Assembly (NCBI GenBank): GCA_048939765.1 | Contig: JBHLPF010000039.1 | Span: 1-15,932, forward strand | Length of the DNA: 15,932 bases | Source: Promethearchaeota archaeon | GTDB lineage: Archaea; Asgardarchaeota; Thorarchaeia; Thorarchaeales; Thorarchaeaceae | Direction of reading: 5' to 3' | In this document: positions 1 to 7,744 of the stretch, one piece after another | Layout of the letters: every line of letters begins with the position of its first letter | Position numbering within the stretch: the stretch's first letter is position 1 | Program-made: the position numbers and the translations under genes | Notes under the pieces: generated by a model | Databases searched by the model: none | What the model saw: the letters and a program-made list of their open reading frames with translations, nothing else | Told to the model about the DNA's origin: nothing

Positions 1-81
1 AAGCACCTATCCAACTTTGTCCAAGGTTTGTGCAAATGCTGCATACCCTCGACAGCCAGACTCATTAGGCACGATTGCTAA

Positions 82-1152
82 TTGATACGCGTGTCGTTCG
101 ATAGACCTTTCGTACGAACAAAAGAGTGTGATGGAGAGAAGGCTAGACAGGCCCTTATTGATGCCAAGCTTCTGGATACCGAGTGCAAGATAGCAAAAGA
201 CCAAGACTGGCTGTACTTTCCACTGACCCAGAAGAAGACAGAGAAAGGGCTCAAGAAGATTCTTGGGAGAATCAAGTACGAAGTTGGTAGGCGACAGTTC
301 ACACCAGTCTTCATGGGTCCCAAGACCCTTTCAGAAGCACTTGTAGGTCTTATTCCTTCAGAGCTATTGGAACTGCTCCCTCGTGCGTATGATCTGATTG
401 GCGACATCGCCGTCATAGAGATTCCTGATGAACTCACAGACTATGATACCCAAATTGGCGCAGCTCTCAAGACGGTCCACAAGAATTTCAATACTGTACT
501 CGGTAAGAAGGGTGCAATATCTGGAATAACACGAGTACGTGAATATGAGGTGCTAGCAGGCCAGAATAAGACGAAGACCATTCACACAGAATATAATCTT
601 AGGATTGCGGTGGATATCGCAAAGGCCTATTTCAGCCCAAGGCTTCTTGAGGAACACAACAGAATCGCAGACTTGGTCACGGATGGTGAGCTGGTCATTG
701 ACATGTTTACGGGAGTCGGACCATTTGCATTACATATTGCAAGACGTCACCGGGTCAAGGTCTATGCAGTGGATATCAATCCAGATGCCATTGACCTCCT
801 TCAAGAAAGCTTGGAACTCAATCGTTTCGCAGGAGAAGTCATACCAATACTAGGAGATACTCACGAATACATTCAGAGCGGCTTTGATGGTGATGTCGAT
901 CGCGTGATCATGAACCACCCCTCTGGGGCATTCGAGTTTGTGGTGGATGCCTGCAAGGCTCTGAAGTCGGAAGGTATCATGCATTATTATGAGTTCATGG
1001 GAGGGGACGATCCTGAGGGCAGCCTCACCGATAGAATTACCAATCTTGTCAGTGAGGCTGGCAGAGAGGCCGCCCGGATTGATACTATTCGTAGAGTTCG
1101 TGATAGCGCTCCCTATGAGTATCAGATGGTTGCTGATGTGGTCATTCAGTGA
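82..1152 (+). CDS. trm5: Trm5-family tRNA (guanine37-N1)-methyltransferase (Met-10+/Trm5/Taw2 superfamily)
   Basis: 356 aa with N-terminal D1-like domain; YDLIGDIAVI, YFSPRL, SAM-binding DMFTGVGPF, VDINP, DRVIMNHP (NLP in canonical Trm5). Start could be TTG 82 or GTG 91. Confidence 0.88.
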   Translation: MIRVSFDRPFVRTKECDGEKARQALIDAKLLDTECKIAKDQDWLYFPLTQKKTEKGLKKILGRIKYEVGRRQFTPVFMGPKTLSEALVGLIPSELLELLPRAYDLIGDIAVIEIPDELTDYDTQIGAALKTVHKNFNTVLGKKGAISGITRVREYEVLAGQNKTKTIHTEYNLRIAVDIAKAYFSPRLLEEHNRIADLVTDGELVIDMFTGVGPFALHIARRHRVKVYAVDINPDAIDLLQESLELNRFAGEVIPILGDTHEYIQSGFDGDVDRVIMNHPSGAFEFVVDACKALKSEGIMHYYEFMGGDDPEGSLTDRITNLVSEAGREAARIDTIRRVRDSAPYEYQMVADVVIQ

Positions 1153-1567
1153 AGAAGAGCAGCTCGCACTCTAATTGCGCATTATGATCCTTTAGGGCAT
1201 CAACAAATTCGCGGTCCAAATCAGTAGCCGCCTTATCTGCATCTACCATGAGCGTCCTGTCGCAGACAAATGAGCTCTTTCTTGCTACCATACTGACCGT
1301 GTCCAAATATGTAAGACCCGGATTTCCTCTTCCAGTCACTTCCTCCTTGAAACTACCCACCTTCAGTTTCAGAATGATCTTGGTCTTCTCTGATGTGGCA
1401 AGTGCCTTAATCTCAGGAGGGATATCCCTCAACGATTTTTCAGCTCGAACCCCTATGATGCAGGTGCCCTTCTGAGTGAGAAAGTCCTCTGTGGAAATCT
1501 CCACTGTGGTCCTGTGATCTCCAATCACATTTACATGCCCAAAGGCTTGAAAGCGGACACTTTGCAT
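1142..1567 (-). CDS. DUF371 family protein
   Basis: GHVNVIGDHRTTVEIS, LTQKGTCIIGVRA, VARKS.F.CDRTLMV.ADKAA.DL match the archaeal DUF371 pattern; 11-nt convergent overlap with trm5. Confidence 0.88.
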   Translation of the reverse strand: MQSVRFQAFGHVNVIGDHRTTVEISTEDFLTQKGTCIIGVRAEKSLRDIPPEIKALATSEKTKIILKLKVGSFKEEVTGRGNPGLTYLDTVSMVARKSSFVCDRTLMVDADKAATDLDREFVDALKDHNAQLECELLFFTE

Positions 1568-1588
1568 AGCGAAGTCATGGCGGTCAAC

Positions 1589-1600
1589 GCTTTTATCATT
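1589..1600. promoter_or_regulatory. Probable shared TATA element of the divergent DUF371/pcm genes
   Basis: GCTTTTATCATT lies roughly 25-30 nt from both ATG 1567 (-) and ATG 1624 (+); spacing fits leaderless archaeal transcripts. Confidence 0.45.
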
Positions 1601-1623
1601 ACATGTTCATTCGTGTACTGGTA

Positions 1624-2304
1624 ATGATGCGGGACAGCTCATTGGAAAAACAGAAGGAAGGCCTTTCTCAGAGTCTTCAACGTAGAGGCTACCTCAAGAC
1701 AGATGCAGTAAAACGCGCATTCATGGCTGTCCCCCGTGAGGAGTTTGTTCTACCAGAGTCTAGAAACCATTCCTATCGCGACTCACCCCTCTCCATAGGG
1801 CTTGGGCAGACAATCTCGGCCCCACATATGTGCGTCATAATGTGTGAAGGCCTTAATCTGACTGAGGGCCATCGTGTCCTAGAAGTGGGTGCAGGTTCTG
1901 GATATCATGCCGCTCTATGTGCTGAGATAGTGGCACCACAGGACTCCCCCAATCCAGGACATGTTTATACAATTGAGATTGTCAAGGGCCTCATTGAATT
2001 TGCACAGGGCAATCTTGAACGTGCAGGATATGCGGACAGAGTGACCCTCATTCAGGGTGATGGCGGCAAAGGGCTTCCGGATGAGGCTCCGTTTGACAGA
2101 ATACTTGTCGCGGCTGCCGCTCCAAGCGTTCCTCCGCCCCTGATAGAACAGCTCCGGCCTGGAGGGACTATGCTAATCCCCGTAGGATCTCGTGGGTTTT
2201 ATCAAGAGCTAATGATGGTCGAGAAAGGCGAGGACTCGAAAGTGACCAAGAGAAGATGGGGTGGGGTGGCTTTTGTACCCCTCACTGGAGAGTTTGGTCA
2301 CTAA
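1624..2304 (+). CDS. pcm: Protein-L-isoaspartate (D-aspartate) O-methyltransferase
   Basis: VPREEF, GQTISAPHM, VLEVGAGSGYHAA, GDGGKG, APFDRILVAAA, LIPVG, VAFVPL. Start moved from 1603 to ATG 1624 (or 1627) on TATA spacing. Confidence 0.95.
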   Translation: MMRDSSLEKQKEGLSQSLQRRGYLKTDAVKRAFMAVPREEFVLPESRNHSYRDSPLSIGLGQTISAPHMCVIMCEGLNLTEGHRVLEVGAGSGYHAALCAEIVAPQDSPNPGHVYTIEIVKGLIEFAQGNLERAGYADRVTLIQGDGGKGLPDEAPFDRILVAAAAPSVPPPLIEQLRPGGTMLIPVGSRGFYQELMMVEKGEDSKVTKRRWGGVAFVPLTGEFGH

Positions 2305-2306
2305 TA

Positions 2307-2984
2307 TCAGGCTTTGTGCAGCGGGACTATTGTGAATGTTACTAAGTCGTTGTCCTTGAGCTTCAGCTTGTTTCTCAAGTTTACTTCAGATATTATCTCC
2401 AAGATTTCCTGTCCATGGTGGGTTCGCTGTGCAATGACAACAGCCCCATCTATCTTCTGGTTTATCTTTGCACGATAGCAGACCACATCACCAAATGTTC
2501 GCCCCTCGTGAGTAAATCCTGGCACAATGAGCGGAGGTGTCTGCCTCATTCTGTCTATCGCACTCCGTGAGTCATCATCAACAATCTTGACATTGAGAGT
2601 GCCTAAGAATGGCTCGAATCCAAGAGCATCATGGAATCTAGAGGCGTATGCATCGACATAGTACGCGCCTTGCCCAAGGCCATGGACAACCCGTCCAGCT
2701 ATTACTATCTCTTCCTCGAATGGAACAAATGCGAGTTCGAGGCCTTTCATCACGTTCTTCAGTTCCTTGACGCCCTTCTTTGAGAGCTGAATAAGCATTC
2801 CGTTGGCTGTATGCATTCTATTTACGTAGCCCTCTTCAGCACAGTACGTCACTCTACGGGATGCGGTCTGTTGGCTAACTCCTAACAAATCACCAAGCTT
2901 TCGGGTTGTCAAGACGGCTCTCTTATGAACTGCACCTTCTTTAGCCAGTACAAAGAGAGTGAACCAAACATCAGGTGCAATCAT
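2307..2984 (-). CDS. ribK: CTP-dependent riboflavin kinase with N-terminal winged-HTH (RbkR-like)
   Basis: N-terminal HTH LGDLLGVSQQTASRR; kinase motifs GRVVHGLGQGAYY, LGFEPFLGTLNV, RTHH..EILEIIS..NLR..L.LKDND. Confidence 0.92.
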   Translation of the reverse strand: MIAPDVWFTLFVLAKEGAVHKRAVLTTRKLGDLLGVSQQTASRRVTYCAEEGYVNRMHTANGMLIQLSKKGVKELKNVMKGLELAFVPFEEEIVIAGRVVHGLGQGAYYVDAYASRFHDALGFEPFLGTLNVKIVDDDSRSAIDRMRQTPPLIVPGFTHEGRTFGDVVCYRAKINQKIDGAVVIAQRTHHGQEILEIISEVNLRNKLKLKDNDLVTFTIVPLHKA

Positions 2985-3010
2985 CTTACTCTGCTCTCCT
3001 ATCTCCCTTA

Positions 3011-3646
3011 TTATTGATTACCTCTCAGTCGCTCCTCAAAGCCTCTGAGTTCTTCCACTAGTTTGCTCTGTTGAATAGCCGAAGTGATGTCCCCACGGGT
3101 TCGTTCAATGATAGACCTAGCAACATCACATTTTCTCCTGAGTTCTGGTACCAGAGCATTTGGGAAATCAAAAGTGTGTAGCTCATCAAGTATTTCCTCC
3201 ATGAAACCAAGTAGGTTCACTGCGGAGTCAACCTTCTCCTCCCGAAGTGCGTCCAATACTGCTCTCCTCAGCTCGCCAACAGTATCCGCGAGACCTGTGA
3301 GATAGGGCCTTGTTGGAATCCCAAACTTCTCAGGTGGAGTAAAAGCACCGTCTCTGAGAAGGGACAGCAGATTTGCTGCTTCTGCCAGTTCTTGATAAGC
3401 AACATCCATCGACTTGGACCGGGACACAAACTCACTCCCTTTCAGCTCTGTCACGGCCTGCTCGGCTGTTTCACGAGCCTCAGAAAGCAGCTTCTCAGCC
3501 GAATCAAAGTTTCCCCTATGGGTCTCCTTTATTGCCTCACTACATCTCCTTACTGCAGACCTTGAAAGCGGGAGTACCTTCTCACGAACCCCATCGTCAG
3601 TTTCGATTTCAGCCCTCATAGGCTTAAGAATCTCGGAAAGCTTCAT
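3011..3646 (-). CDS. Translin/Trax family (C3PO-like) endoribonuclease
   Basis: Helical protein with D..RE..L.LSR, YQELAEA, YLTGLADTVGELRR, ELRRKCDVAR..IERTRGD. Start ATG 3646 follows GAGGTGGTGG; overlaps the taw1 3' end. Confidence 0.88.
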   Translation of the reverse strand: MKLSEILKPMRAEIETDDGVREKVLPLSRSAVRRCSEAIKETHRGNFDSAEKLLSEARETAEQAVTELKGSEFVSRSKSMDVAYQELAEAANLLSLLRDGAFTPPEKFGIPTRPYLTGLADTVGELRRAVLDALREEKVDSAVNLLGFMEEILDELHTFDFPNALVPELRRKCDVARSIIERTRGDITSAIQQSKLVEELRGFEERLRGNQ

Positions 3647-4634
3647 GGCAGTCGCCACCACCTCGATTATTGTGAATCTTCTTTATGTGTTTCCTACTAG
3701 ACAGCAAGACAACTCTGCTTTCGACCTGCTCATCTTGAATATAATACCCTGTTAACGATGCTAGCTTTCTAGAGAAGGCACGAATCTCTCGATGTGAAGG
3801 TGCATGTTCCTGAGTAAGTCTTCCTCTGGATGAACCGAGATACATGAAACCTTTCACCTCAATGAAGTCTGGCTCTCCTTGGAGTATCATCTCCGCATAA
3901 GATCGAACTTCATGCATGTTTTTTCCCTCGACCATAGTGAGTCGATTTGTCCGCCGACATGACAGTGAATGAAGTAGATCCTGTGTTTCGTTCAGTTTCT
4001 TCCATCCGTCTGAAATACCCGGCCTGCATATCCTCCTGTACACCTCTTCGTTGGGTGCAGCAAGTGTGACATATAGCTGTGTGGGGAGTGACATCTGAGC
4101 TAGCACTTCTGGCTGAGTACCATTTGTGACAAGAAAAGTGGTCATATCGCGTTCTCGTGCTTCATCAATAAGTTCGCTAAGATAGGGATAGAGTGTTGGT
4201 TCTCCTGCTAATGAAATGGCAAGATGCTTTGGGTTCCTGGCTTCGTCGTATTTCTTGGCAGAAACACTTGGAGCAACATCCGGGTTGTATCCCCCTAATG
4301 ACCTAATGTTTGCCATAAGTGTCTGGTCTAGCAATTCTGACGGAGGGAGTACATCCTCATTTGTGACAGACGTTTGATCCCATCTCAGACCCACATCCGC
4401 AGGTGTGACACGCCAGCAGAATTCGCAGCTCTGAGTGCACTTGTCAACCACTGGAGTCATCTGCAGGCATCTATGGCTTTCAATCCCATAGAATCGCTGC
4501 TTATAGCAGACATCTCCATGCAACAGACTCTTTCTCTGCCATTGGCATGCCTTGAATGCGCCACGCTTTCCTAGAAGATGGTATCCCTGCCGTTTGAGCC
4601 TCTCTCGCAATTCAGTAGGCATTTCAGAAATCAA
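3624..4634 (-). CDS. taw1: 4-demethylwyosine (imG-14) synthase, radical SAM
   Basis: Auxiliary-cluster motif K..C-X12-C-X12-C (KACQW...CYKQRFYGIESHRC), CTQSCEFC, AISLAGEPT, FLVTNG, PTQLYVTL, EVKGFM. Real start likely TTG 4634 or ATG 4622 rather than 4697. Confidence 0.95.
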   Translation of the reverse strand: MISEMPTELRERLKRQGYHLLGKRGAFKACQWQRKSLLHGDVCYKQRFYGIESHRCLQMTPVVDKCTQSCEFCWRVTPADVGLRWDQTSVTNEDVLPPSELLDQTLMANIRSLGGYNPDVAPSVSAKKYDEARNPKHLAISLAGEPTLYPYLSELIDEARERDMTTFLVTNGTQPEVLAQMSLPTQLYVTLAAPNEEVYRRICRPGISDGWKKLNETQDLLHSLSCRRTNRLTMVEGKNMHEVRSYAEMILQGEPDFIEVKGFMYLGSSRGRLTQEHAPSHREIRAFSRKLASLTGYYIQDEQVESRVVLLSSRKHIKKIHNNRGGGDCHEAFRDS

Positions 4635-4693
4635 GGTACACTCGGGCAAAGTCTGAAGGTCAGTCTTATGAGGGTTTGGCAATAGCCATTGCA

Positions 4694-5956
4694 TCACTCA
4701 GGTGAAGCCAGTCTTGCTGCCAGAGCTTCTTGACTGCTCCATGACCCAGTCAATACGCCTCTTCGAGAGAGCTCCCCAAGTGTACTTCTACTATCTTGGT
4801 CCAGTCTTCCAGGTGGCATGTTCTCAAAAGCACTTCCTGGCAATGGCATGAAGACATGACCATGGACCTTTGCACCTATTTCTGAAAGCATTTCACACAT
4901 ATCGATGCTATCTTCCAGTTCCTCTCTTGTTTCACTTGGAAGTCCAAATATCATGTCGACGTGCGGCGTGAAACCACAATCGAGCGCAATCTCGACTGCG
5001 TCTAGTCCTTCCCCTACAGTATGACGACGATTGCTATATTCGAGGACTCTGTCGCTGGCCGACTGAAGCCCAATCTGAAGCGTATCATTCGCCACATGGG
5101 TCCGCATCATCTCTAAGACTTGTTTGGTGACAAACTCAGGTCTCACCTCAGATGGAAATGCTCCGAAGAATACCTCCTCAAGTCCTTCCACTGATGTGGA
5201 TTCCTTCAGCAGATGTTCCAGCTTGTCGGGCACGGCATTGCGTCCTTTTCCTCCATATGATAAGGCATTAGGAGAGAGAAACCATGTCCTCCTGAAGCCT
5301 CTTCTTTTAACCGCCTGCTCAAGCCAATAGACCACTGACTCCACAGATCTGTGTCTGACGCCTCCACCGCTAAGGAACGGTGTACAGCAGAATTTGCAGG
5401 CAAATGGACACCCCCGAGTCACCTCTACAGGTCCCAGAATATTCATACCGAGAGCAAACGGAGGATATTCATCAAGCGAAACCTTGGGTCGGTTTCTTGG
5501 CTTTGGGATGGAAACACTCTCCTCTATGACCACGCCGTCTATTTTCGTTGGCTCATCATCATTGATCAGGCAAAACATCAAATCCCTGAATACCTTCTCT
5601 CCTTCCCCAACCACGACGAAATCAAAGCCTGCTCTTAGCAATTCATTGGGCCTTGCGCTTGCATGAGGCCCGCCTCCGATGAGTACCACGGAATCACCAA
5701 ATCTGTCCTTTATCCTCCTGGTTTCATGATAAACTCGGTCTATCTGGGTACTCATGACTGACTGGGCAATGATGACCTGTCCTTGTTCAACCTCTCGCTG
5801 AATCATGTTGTTTGAGAGATCAAGCGGAGCACTCATCTCGAGGTCCGTCAACCGATGGTCTGTTTCTATTGACCCAAGAAGGGCTGCTACGCTATAGCGT
5901 GAGGAGGAATGTGTACGGAATATCAAATGATGGGATGCCAAACAATGCACACGCAC
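4694..5956 (-). CDS. B12-binding-domain/radical SAM protein (TIGR04013-like), function unknown
   Basis: GGGPHAS...GFDFVVVGEGE cobalamin-binding-like domain, EVTRGCPFACKFC, FPSEVRPE, GLQSAS, DMIFGLP, FMPLPGS. Start GTG 5956 overlaps the psmB stop; TTG 5941 is an alternative. Confidence 0.88.
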   Translation of the reverse strand: MRVHCLASHHLIFRTHSSSRYSVAALLGSIETDHRLTDLEMSAPLDLSNNMIQREVEQGQVIIAQSVMSTQIDRVYHETRRIKDRFGDSVVLIGGGPHASARPNELLRAGFDFVVVGEGEKVFRDLMFCLINDDEPTKIDGVVIEESVSIPKPRNRPKVSLDEYPPFALGMNILGPVEVTRGCPFACKFCCTPFLSGGGVRHRSVESVVYWLEQAVKRRGFRRTWFLSPNALSYGGKGRNAVPDKLEHLLKESTSVEGLEEVFFGAFPSEVRPEFVTKQVLEMMRTHVANDTLQIGLQSASDRVLEYSNRRHTVGEGLDAVEIALDCGFTPHVDMIFGLPSETREELEDSIDMCEMLSEIGAKVHGHVFMPLPGSAFENMPPGRLDQDSRSTLGELSRRGVLTGSWSSQEALAARLASPE

Positions 5957-6549
5957 TAGTTGTCAAAGACCTGTTCAGTGACTCCATCCTTGGTCACTGT
6001 CATCACACGTATTGCTCCACCAGACTGTGCATCTCTGGAAATTCCAGCCTTCACAGCGTCGACCGCAATCTTTTCGGCTTCCTTGACTGTCAGATCCTCT
6101 TTGTAGTCTTTCTCAAGGACACCATAGGCTGTCTGTGTGCCACTCCCTGTAGCTGTATACTCATCAGGAATGAGCGAACCACCCATGTCAAGGGTGTAGA
6201 GTGCGGGACCACCCTCGTCAACGCCGACAATCACTGTCTGTACATAGAGGGGTGCCATCTTCTGCTGATATAGGGTATTCGCGATCATTTTGGAGAGGGC
6301 TTTCACGCTGATAGTCTTCTTCTGATTCAGCTCGTAGAGCTTGATATAGGCCTGGAGCCTGTTTACAAGCATTTGATAATCTGACGTTAGCCCGGCAGAG
6401 GCCAAGACTATGGAATCAGTCAGCTTGAACGCCTTGACACCTTTGTCTGTGAGAATGAAGGTGCCCCAGCTTATCAATGAGTCAGTAGCAACCACGGCAC
6501 CATCGCTGCATTTTATTCCGACAACAGTTGCACCAGTAGGAAGTGACAT
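5956..6549 (-). CDS. psmB: 20S proteasome beta subunit, probably non-catalytic
   Basis: MSLPTG-ATVVGIKCSDGAVVATDS, ASAGLTSDYQ, LYTLDMGGS, ATGSG, RDAQSGG. True start ATG 6549 with SD GGAGGT at 6564-6559; the ORF-track extension to 6804 is spurious. Confidence 0.93.
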   Translation of the reverse strand: MSLPTGATVVGIKCSDGAVVATDSLISWGTFILTDKGVKAFKLTDSIVLASAGLTSDYQMLVNRLQAYIKLYELNQKKTISVKALSKMIANTLYQQKMAPLYVQTVIVGVDEGGPALYTLDMGGSLIPDEYTATGSGTQTAYGVLEKDYKEDLTVKEAEKIAVDAVKAGISRDAQSGGAIRVMTVTKDGVTEQVFDN

Positions 6550-6603
6550 TAATACAAGACCTCCGTCGGGACTCACGTCCCAGATTAGGGTCAGGAAGGT
6601 TCT

Positions 6604-6617
6604 GTTTAAAACGTTTT
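6604..6617. promoter_or_regulatory. Putative bidirectional TATA box between psmB and nog1 with overlapping palindrome
   Basis: TTTAAA at 6605-6610 sits mid-way in the divergent gap and overlaps the perfect palindrome AAAACGTTTT (6608-6617). Confidence 0.5.
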
Positions 6618-6667
6618 GACCTGTTCCTTTTGTACGGACACCAGCTTCAAGGAAATGGTAATTGGAC

Positions 6668-7744
6668 ATGAAATGGTTGAATCCCTTTGTAAAGATTCCA
6701 ACGATCATGACTGCAGAGGAGATTATAGACTTCGCCCATAGGAAGTCCACAAGGCTCAGTATGAAGAGCTCTCTTAGATTAAAGCGAGTGGAACGCACTC
6801 GCATCAGAGAGATATCTCGTCTTCAAGAGTTCACAAAACAGGTCAAGACGAAGCTGAAGAACGCAGTAGAAGATTTTCCTACTCTAGACCGACTTCATCC
6901 ATTCTACTATGAACTTGCTGAGATTCTGGTTGGCACTGATAGACTGAAGCAAGCCCTTGGTGCAGTCTATAACTGCATTCCTCCCATTGACGACATCACC
7001 AACAACCATATCCAAGCATTGAAGCTTGCCGATGACTTTCGACAGATGAAGAAGACACGCAGGGCTGCAAAGGGGAGGATCTCGTCTATTGTACGAGCAA
7101 CTGCGCCCAATCTGGACTTCATTATTGAGGCAAAGATGAAGATGGCTCGTCTTCCTGGGGTCGCGCCAGACGAACCGACCATTGTGTGTGCTGGCTTCCC
7201 AAATGTTGGCAAATCCACTCTTGTGAAGTCGGTTTCCACTGCGGAACCTGAGATTGCACATTATCCCTTCACAACAAAGAATGTGATTATTGGGCATCTG
7301 ACAGTCGGAAGCCAAAGTGTTCAGATAATCGACACCCCAGGCATCCTTGACAGACCTATGTCAGAACGAAACGAGATTGAAAGACAGGGAATTGCAGCTC
7401 TGAAGTACCTCGCGCATGTCATCATTTTTATGATTGACCCTTCCGAGGCATGCGGCTGGAAGCTTGAGGAACAGCTGAATCTTCACAAAGAGGTCCGCAA
7501 GATGTTTCCTCTCAATCCTCTTCTTGTGGCCTTCAATAAGACAGACATCACTCAACCAGAGCAGCTGAACAAGGCAAGGCAGTTGATTCAGGGTGCCTAT
7601 GAGATCGTAGCGACTGAAGGGATTGGTGTCAATGAATTGATGACTGCGGCCCTTGAAGAGGTGGACCTGGAGTCTGCACAGGAATCAATCCAGAAGTTTC
7701 TTTCTGATATCTCACAGGGCGAGTCCCGTCCCGCTGACAACTAA
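6668..7744 (+). CDS. Nog1-family (Obg superfamily) GTPase, large-subunit biogenesis
   Basis: N-terminal helical domain FPTLDRLHPFY; G1 GFPNVGKS, G2 YPFTT, G3 DTPGILDRP..ERNEIE, DPSEACG, G4 NKTD. ATG 6668 preferred over TTG 6662. Confidence 0.93.
   Translation: MKWLNPFVKIPTIMTAEEIIDFAHRKSTRLSMKSSLRLKRVERTRIREISRLQEFTKQVKTKLKNAVEDFPTLDRLHPFYYELAEILVGTDRLKQALGAVYNCIPPIDDITNNHIQALKLADDFRQMKKTRRAAKGRISSIVRATAPNLDFIIEAKMKMARLPGVAPDEPTIVCAGFPNVGKSTLVKSVSTAEPEIAHYPFTTKNVIIGHLTVGSQSVQIIDTPGILDRPMSERNEIERQGIAALKYLAHVIIFMIDPSEACGWKLEEQLNLHKEVRKMFPLNPLLVAFNKTDITQPEQLNKARQLIQGAYEIVATEGIGVNELMTAALEEVDLESAQESIQKFLSDISQGESRPADN

Noticed and set aside
1-81. Partial gene at the left edge
   Set aside because: Several short open frames, none recognisable; the 7..204 and 78..437 ORFs are antisense shadows of trm5.
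6550-6804. 85-aa N-terminal extension of the proteasome beta ORF (possible long propeptide)
   Set aside because: It runs antisense to nog1 and through the promoter; a clear GGAGGT SD precedes ATG 6549.
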